From NCBI GenBank assembly GCA_950097015.1, contig CATNEN010000039.1:15624001-15688000 (forward strand): 64,000 nt of DNA. The letters run 5' to 3'. The position numbers were made by a program, and so were the translations under genes. The notes below the pieces were generated by a model, which saw only the letters and a program-made list of their open reading frames with translations, did not search any database and was not told where the DNA came from. This document shows positions 44,501 through 53,500 of this stretch, piece by piece (the first letter of the stretch is position 1; every line of letters begins with the position of its first letter). The DNA is from Macrostomum hystrix (taxonomy: Eukaryota; Animalia; Platyhelminthes).

Positions 44501-44800
44501 AGTTGACAGAGAGAATATGAAAACTAGACAGATAAGTAGATCTGCAGGGTAGGGGCTAGATCGATGATTTAGAGAGTGAGTTCAAATGACAATTTATCTT
44601 TATCTTAGGAAGTAACTTTCCTTCCTACTTCCTACCCAAAGTAGAAGATTGGAAAGTGTAATTTAGTGGAAGCCAGATAATAAGCAAACAAGCTGGCAAA
44701 GCTACGACCTCATATATAAACATAATTTGAATAGATTAAATCCAGTAAAAGTAGCTATATTAGTCCCGTCAACGCTCGGCAAACAAGACGAACAGCAGCA

Positions 44801-44844
<44 letters not shown>

Positions 44845-45201
44845 CATTCTTTTATTTAATAATCTAGATCTGGCTATAAAAAATTCTAGACTGCAAATAG
44901 TCTGAAAGCAAAAGCCAATTGAACAGCAAGAAAAGCAAGTAAGAAGTAAATCGCTACTTTACTCTAGAGCGAAAACCTCACTAACCTAGCCTATAGCCTA
45001 GCCGTACAGTCCTTGGTAGATGTGACAGGTTCACAGTTGTTGAACTACAGCAAGCAGCATCTGGACTTCATCAATGAAAGCTTAAAATTTCTGTGTTTTC
45101 TCTTACTCTCTCTGTCTGTGTGTGTGAGGGTGCGTTTGTCTAGCCTTTTCCAATTTCCTACTGCCAGCCAAAAATCGAGGATGCACAAGCACACAATGCA
45201 T

Positions 45202-45241
<40 letters not shown>

Positions 45242-47447
45242 GTATAAACGCAATAATGACAGTGTTAACAAGATCTTGTCTCGCTGTCTTCGGGGATTAA
45301 AAATGTTAGTTACATTTTTTTATAGAAAACCTGTTGGAGTGTTACAATCTAATTCCCAGAGGCAAAGTAGAACCACTATCAGAGGATTTTTCTTGTGATA
45401 GGAAATGGGTTGATTCTGGGTATTTCATATCAAATGCGAATTTAAACTGACTCACTGCGACTACAGAACCCAGATCCTAGATCCTAAAGCTTCATTCTCC
45501 TCTAGATTGTATCGCGATCTAATACAACTATCACTGACTCACTTTATGCTGACTAAAGAGAAGTTTGCAATTGAGCATTTCTGTGACCATTTGAGCTGGG
45601 CCAATGGAGATTACCCGGATTAAGTCTAACCCCGCTAGGGAGACTGAGTCAAGATTCTCAGATCCGGAATAGATAAGGCGCCTAACCTTTTATACGATTA
45701 AATGGTGAAGCATGTTAGGTTAAACAATAACAGGTAAATGGGCAGTTTGATTTGAAAATTAACTGCTTAAATTTTCCTTTTTTCTAGAAGCTAACTGAAA
45801 TAAAGGCTAATTAAAAATGGGAGAAATAACGATGAGAGAATCTGGGTTTGAGCGTTAGGACGGGGAAGAAATTGTGAAGAAATGAAGATTATCAAAATAA
45901 ATGCAAATAGGAAGCATGTGACAGAGGAAATTGTCAAAGGAAGGAGATAGGGAAGTGACAAGTTAAGGAGTGTGAGATGTGGCAGTGAGAAGATGGGGAA
46001 CTGGGAAGATTGGGAACTGGAAAGATTGGGAAGCGGGAAGATGTCGAAGTGGCAATATGGGGAAGTGGGAAAATGGGGAAATGGGAAGATTGAGAAATGG
46101 GAATTTTAACAAGAATCGAATTTTAAAAGGAATCAAGGCAATCCTGGAATTTCCCTGAAGCCACTCACCTGGCTTTCTCCGGCAGGTACTCGGCGTACAA
46201 AGAGCTGGCGTTGAAACTAGTCGACGGCAGTTTCTGAACCAGCCGGATCGGTTGGTCGGATCTGCAGCCCAGATTCGACTCGGAGCCTGCAAAATGGTTA
46301 GAGACAGTAAGTTATAGTTGCATGATCCGAGTTTTATAAGTCATGAATTTAGACTAATCTAGAAGTAGCCTTCAATAGTTCTGACTTTCATCTAGCACTA
46401 CTAGCAATGTCACTCATGGCACTCACTGCTAGTTCTGGCACTCATCTAGCACTCTGATAGTTCTGGCACTCATCTAGCACTCTCTGTTAGTTCTGGCACT
46501 CATTTAACACTCTCTACTAGTTCTGGCACTCATCTAGCACTCTCTGCTAGTTCTGGCACTCATTTAACACTCTCTACTAGTTCTGGCACTCATCTAGCAC
46601 TCTCTGATAGTTCTGGCACTCATTTAACACTCTCTACTAGTTCTGGCACTCATCTAGCACTCTCTGATAGTTCTGGCACTCATTTAACACTCTCTACTAG
46701 TTCTGGCACTCATCTAGCACTCTCTGATAGTTCTGGCACTCATCTAACACTCTCTGCTAGTTGTGGCACTCATCTAGACATCAGAACAGTCACTAAGAAC
46801 AATTTTTAGATTGTTCTATAGAAGCAGAATCTAAGGATAATTGTTTATCAATCCACTAGTTACCAGTATAACAACAGCATTTGCGTCATCGTGACAGTGG
46901 AAACCCTAGCTAGAAAAATTACAAGAGAAATATACGCAAGAAAACGACAGATTTTTAATGGCCGCTTTTTAAGCACTGGTACTGGAAGTTTCGAAATACC
47001 ATTCTTATCTATCTATTTTAGCAAATGGATCTAAACCAATCCAAAACCAAACCCTGCCATTCAGATCTATGGCGGCAAGGCCAGCAACAAAAATTTGCTT
47101 TGCCATATGGATCGTAAGAAAATGGTAGATAAAGGACAAAACAGACAGACACAGGTGGGCAGAACTGACTGAGGTCATATGAGGCATTTAGCTTTTCCTA
47201 TATATATGTAATCTGGAATTGAAGCTCTAACAAAAAGGCAGTTTTCACTGGCCATTCCAGATAGATATGACAAGTGGAATCTGAAATTGTTATGCCATAA
47301 AACCTAAAGAGAAACAGGTAGAGTAAAGAGAGGGGACAGTAAAATAGGTCAGATTGTGTATACGGCATCGGTTTGAAAGGCCTACCTAATTTTCTTGCCT
47401 CGAGCTATAGATTCCCCCCGACACACACACACAAGGTATAGTAGCTC

Positions 47448-47502
<55 letters not shown>

Positions 47503-50500
47503 ATGCATGTGCAGCTAGTCGCTCAGTTTATCGTCTGCTTAGACATTTTCCTCAAAGTGTGCGTGTGTTTTAAGCGCGCTTAGAAACATAAATGGTTCCG
47601 AATAGAGAAAAGTTGTAACCGCTAAAAACTGATAAGATGCAAACTAAACAGCTTATATGGGCATAAATCTAAACATTAAATCATATATAGCTTTATTTTG
47701 TGACTTGCGTCACCTGCTGCTAAACTGGCTAGTTGATTTGCACATTGGGTGGACAAGAAGACAATAATACAAAAGGTAAAATGCAAGGGTTAGGTATTTG
47801 TGTCACGTGCCACATGCTCCATGGTCAATTATTGGGATTGAATCAGAATTCCATTGTTTCGCAATCGTATTCTCCAGATGTTTGTTCCGATTTCTAGATT
47901 TGATTGTTGCGCAACTCTAGGGGTCGACTATATTTTTTTGCTTGCGTCATTTTCACCTACTTACCAAACATAGGGTCATGGTGCTTCAAGTTTTTTTGGG
48001 TCATAGCCATCGCTAAACTATGTGGATTGGGTCATGGCCATCTCTAAACTATGTGGATTGGGTCATGGCCATCGCTAAACTATGTGGATTGGGTCATGGC
48101 CATCGCTAAACTATGTGGATTGGGTCATGGCCATCGCTAAACTATGTGGATTGGGTCATGGCCATCGCTAAACTATGTGGATTGGGTCATGGCCATCGCT
48201 AAACTATGTGGATTAGGTAATAGCCATCTCTAAACTATGTGGATTAGGTCATGGCCATCTCTAAACTATGTGGATTGGGTCATGGCCATCTCTAAACTAT
48301 GTGGATTAGGTAATAGCCATCTCTAAACTATGTGGATTAGGTCATGGCCATCTCTAAACTATGTGGATTGGGTCATGGCCATCGCTAAACTATGTGGATT
48401 GGGTCATGGCCATCGCTAAACTATGTGGATTGGGTCATGGCCATCGCTAAACTATGTGGATTGGGTCATGGCCATCGCTAAACTATGTGGATTAGGTAAT
48501 AGCCATCGCTAAACTATGTGGATTAGGTAATAGCCATCGCTAAACTATGTGGATTAGGTAATAGCCATCTCTAAACTATGTGGATTGGGTCATGGCCATC
48601 GCTAAACTATGTGGATTGGGTCATGGCCATCGCTAAACTATGTGGATTAGGTCATGGCCATCGCTAAACTATGTGGATTGGGTCATGGCCATCGCTAAAC
48701 TATGTGGATTGGGTCATGGCCATCGCTAAACTATGTGGATTAGGTAATAGCCATCGCTAAACTATGTGGATTAGGTAATAGCCATCGCTAAACTATGTGG
48801 ATTAGGTAATAGCCATCGCTAAACTATGTGGATTAGGTAATAGCCATCGCTAAACTATGTGGATTAGGTAATAGCCATCGCTAAACTATGTGGATTAGGT
48901 AATAGCCATCTCTAAACTATGTGGATTGGGTCATGGCCATCGCTAAACTATGTGGATTGGGTCATGGCCATCTCTAAACTATGTGGATTGGGTCATGGCC
49001 ATCTCTAAACTATGTGGATTGGGTCATGGCCATCTCTAAACTATGTGGATTGGGTCATGGCCATCTCTAAACTATGTGGATTGGGTCATGGCCATCTCTA
49101 AACTTTGTAGATTGGGTCATGGCCATCTCTAAACTATGTGGATTGGGTCATGGCCATCTCTAAACTATGTGGATTGGGTCATGGCCATCTCTAAACTATG
49201 TGGATTGGGTCATGGCCATCTCTAAACTATGTGGATTGGGTCATGGCCATCGCTAAACTATGTGGATTAGGTAATAGCCATCGCTAAACTATGTGGATTG
49301 GGTCATGGCCATCTCTAAACTATGTGGATTGGGTCATGGCCATCTCTAAACTTTGTAGATTGGGTCATGGCCATCTCCAAAGTACATTGATTGGGTCATG
49401 GGCAAAATACGTGATACTCCACAAGCATGTGCACAGTCAGTATTTATCGGACAATTCTTGAAACTGAAGGTTGATTTTACACACCAGGGTGAGGATTCTA
49501 TATAGCTACTTTCTGGTAATTTAAGCAAGTAAAAATTGTAGCAAGAGTCCTTACTAGCAATAGAAGCCATCAAGTTCAATCCCTTAGGGAGCAGCAAAAG
49601 CCTTATAGAGCCAGGCAATATGGGGATCTAGAAAGGGGAGACAGAAGCTGTGCCCAGTAAGCCAGGGAAGCGTAGCTAAGTTCGAGCGGCCCACTTTTCA
49701 GATCCCAGAGCAAATTAGAGCACTCGAACACTAGAAAACCGACTCCCCGATGACCTACGCTACGCAAGGGAAGTCTTACCCTAAATATTGAACGCGTGAA
49801 TGGATTCAAAGATGCCTGTTGCGGGATGCGGAAGAGAAAGGCAAATATAAGGAACAGGGGCTACTTAAATTACTGACATTGCTCTGTCATGTCATGTCAT
49901 TGGTCATGGCCATCTCTAAACTATGTGGATTGGGTCATGGCCATCGCTAAACTATGTGGATTGGGTCATGGCCATCGCTAAACTATGTGGATTGGGTCAT
50001 GGCCATCGCTAAACTATGTGGATTGGGTCATGGCCATCGCTAAACTATGTGGATTGGGTCATGGCCATCGCTAAACTATGTGGATTGGGTCATGGCCATC
50101 GCTAAACTATGTGGATTGGGTCATGGCCATCTCTAAACTATGTGGATTGGGTCATGGCCATCTCTAAACTATGTGGATTGGGTCATGGCCATCTCTAAAC
50201 TATGTGGATTGGGTCATGGCCATCTCTAAACTATGTGGATTGGGTCATGGCCATCTCTAAACTATGTGGATTGGGTCATGGCCATCTCTAAACTATGTGG
50301 ATTGGGTCATGGCCATCTCTAAACTATGTGGATTGGGTCATGGCCATCTCTAAACTATGTGGATTGGGTCATGGCCATCTCTAAACTATGTGGATTGGGT
50401 CATGGCCATCTCTACACTATGTGGATTGGGTCATGGCCATCGCTAAACTATGTGGATTGGGCCATGGCCATCTCTAAACTATGTGGATTGGGTCATGGCC

Positions 50501-53500
50501 ATCTCTAAACTATGTGGATTGGGTCATGGCCATCTCTACACTATGTGGATTGGGTCATGGCCATCGCTAAACTATGTGGATTGGGCCATGGCCATCTCTA
50601 AACAATGTGGATTGGGTCATGGCCATCGCTAAACTATGTGGATTGGATCATGGCCATCGCTAAACTATGTGGATTGGATCATGGCCATCTCTACACTATG
50701 TGGATTGGGTCATGGCCATCTCTAAACTATGTGGATTGGGTCATGGCCATCTCTAAACTATGTGGATTGGGTCATGGCCATCTCTAAACTATGTGGATTG
50801 GGTCATGGCCATCTCTAAACTATGTGGATTGGGTCATGGCCATCTCTACACTATGTGGATTGGGTCATGGCCATCGCTAAACTATGTGGATTGGGCCATG
50901 GCCATCTCTAAACTATGTGGATTGGGTCATGGCCATCGCTAAACTATGTGGATTGGGTCATGGCCATCGCTAAACTATGTGGATTGGGTCATGGCCATCG
51001 CTAAACTATGTGGATTGGATCATGGCCATCGCTAAACTATGTGGATTGGATCATGGCCATCGCTAAACTATGTGGATTGGATCATGGCCATCTCTACACT
51101 ATGTGGATTGGATCATGGCCATCTCTACACTATGTGGATTGGGTCATGGCCATCTCTACACTATGTGGATTGGATCATGGCCATCTCTACACTATGTGGA
51201 TTGGATCATGGCCATCTCTACACTATGTGGATTGGATCATGGCCATCTCTACACTATGTGGATTGGGTCATGGCCATCTCTACACTATGTGGATTGGATC
51301 ATGGCCATCTCTACACTATGTGGATTGGGTCATGGCCATCTCTACACTATGTGGATTGGATCATGGCCATCTCTACACTATGTGGATTGGATCATGGCCA
51401 TCTCTACACTATGTGGATTGGGTCATGGCCATCTCTACACTATGTGGATTGGATCATGGCCATCTCTACACTATGTGGATTGGGTCATGGCCATCTCTAA
51501 ACTATGTGGATTGGGTCATGGCCATCTGAAACTATGTGGATTGGATCATGGCCATCTCTACACTATGTGGATTGGATCATGGCCATCTCTACACTATGTG
51601 GATTGGGTCATGGCCATCTCTAAACTATGTGGATTGGGTCATGGCCATCTCAAACTATGTGCATTGGATCATGGATTACAACGAATTACGAGATATTAAT
51701 TCGGTAAATGAGGGAAAGGTTTGATCATGTTGAATAGTTACTATTGGATGATAACGGGAGCTAATAATAAACGAAAAAACTGAAATAAACTTCCTTAGTT
51801 AGCTAAGCCTAAAACCAGGTTCTACAGATCTGTGGCTCGTATTATAGCCTACAAAATTGCTCCATTACTAATAAGCACTGAATATTGGTCGTTTAGATAT
51901 CCGATAACTAGGTTAATCTACCGAATTATAATATTATTATACAAGCATTAGCGTTTCGATTAAGCGTGTCAACAAAGTCATCTATCTTACTCTCTTATAA
52001 CCGTAGTTATCAATGGTTGAGTTAAAATATATATGATTTATATTTGATGTACTCGAATGTGCTAAGCTTACACGCTTTATAGGCCACAAAATGTATGAAT
52101 CAAGCATACATATTATATACTAATACTTATATAAACATAAATAGCAGTGTCTCTAAGTTAAAGTAGAAAAGTCTTCTAAGAGTTAACAGTCGTGCATCAA
52201 CCAATGTCAAAATATTCATTCTCTTTGCTGCCTATAGTCTATCGAATGAAAATAAATCACATTTCTTTAAAGGACAGTATCAGAACTCAACTTTGAGAAT
52301 ATTTAGGCCCTCTATTTAGGCCCTTGAAATCTTAGGATTCGGGTTTGAGGAAGATTCGGGTTTGAGGAAGATTCGGGTTTGGGGGAACATCCAAGTTTGA
52401 GGAAAGATTCGGGTTTGAGGAAGATTCGGGTTTGAGGAACATTCGAGTTTGAGGAACATTCGAGTTTGAGGAAGATTCGGATTTGAGGAAGATTCGGGTT
52501 TGAGGAAGATTCGGGTTTGAGGAAGATTCGGGTTTGAGGAACATTCGAGTTTGAGGAACATTCGAGTTTGAGGAAGATTCGGGTTTGAGGAACATTCGAG
52601 TTTGAGGAACATTCGAGTTTGAGGAAGATTCGGGTTTGAGGAAGATTCGGGTTTGAGGAAGATTCGGGTTTGAGGAAGATTCGGGTTTGAGGAAGATTCG
52701 GGTTTGAGGAAGATTCGGTTTTGAGGAAGATTCGGGTTTGGGGAACATTCAAGTTTGAGGAACATTCGGGTTTGAGGAAGATTCGGGTTTGAGGAAGATT
52801 CGGGTTTGAGGAAGATTCGGGTTTGGGGAACATTCAAGTTTGAGGAACATTCGGGTTTGAGGAAGATTCGGGTTTGAGGAAGATTCGGGTTTGAGGAAGA
52901 TTCGGGTTTGGGGAACATTCAAGTTTGAGGAACATTCGGGTTTGAGGAAGATTCGGGTTTGGGGAACATTCAAGTTTGAGGAACATTCGGGTTTGAGGAA
53001 GATTCGGGTTTGGGGAACATTCAAGTTTGAGGAACATTCGGGTTTGAGGAAGATTCGGGTTTGGGGAACATTCAAGTTTGAGGAACATTCGGGTTTGAGG
53101 AAGATTCGGGTTTGAGGAACATTCGGGTTTGAGGAAGATTCGGGTTTGGGGAACATTCAAGTTTGAGGAAGATTCGGGTTTGAGGAACATTCGGGTTTGA
53201 GGAAGATTAGGTTTTGTTATTTTTAAGGCTTGGTGAATGAATTCAGTAAATATAACATGGAAATTAAAAAATGAATATGACCGAATGCAGAATACACTGA
53301 TAGATTAAGCACATTTAGCACTAAAAGGACTTAGCTTTAGCTGTATAGGATTTGAAGTAGCCTACTTTCAGAAATTTTCCTAGATTAACTTGATGGATGG
53401 CCAGTGGTTGCCACTTGAAATGCCAGAAATTTCCGATGCTGCTTGCATCTAAAGAGTCAAGGATTTTATTCTGAAGGTTGGAAGTCCTCAGTTGGGCGAT

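Noticed and set aside
44793-47583. PolyQ protein on the plus strand (ORFs 45013-45300 and 47395-47583)
   Set aside because: Short ORFs with no domain or consistent splice chain; they are intronic microsatellites.
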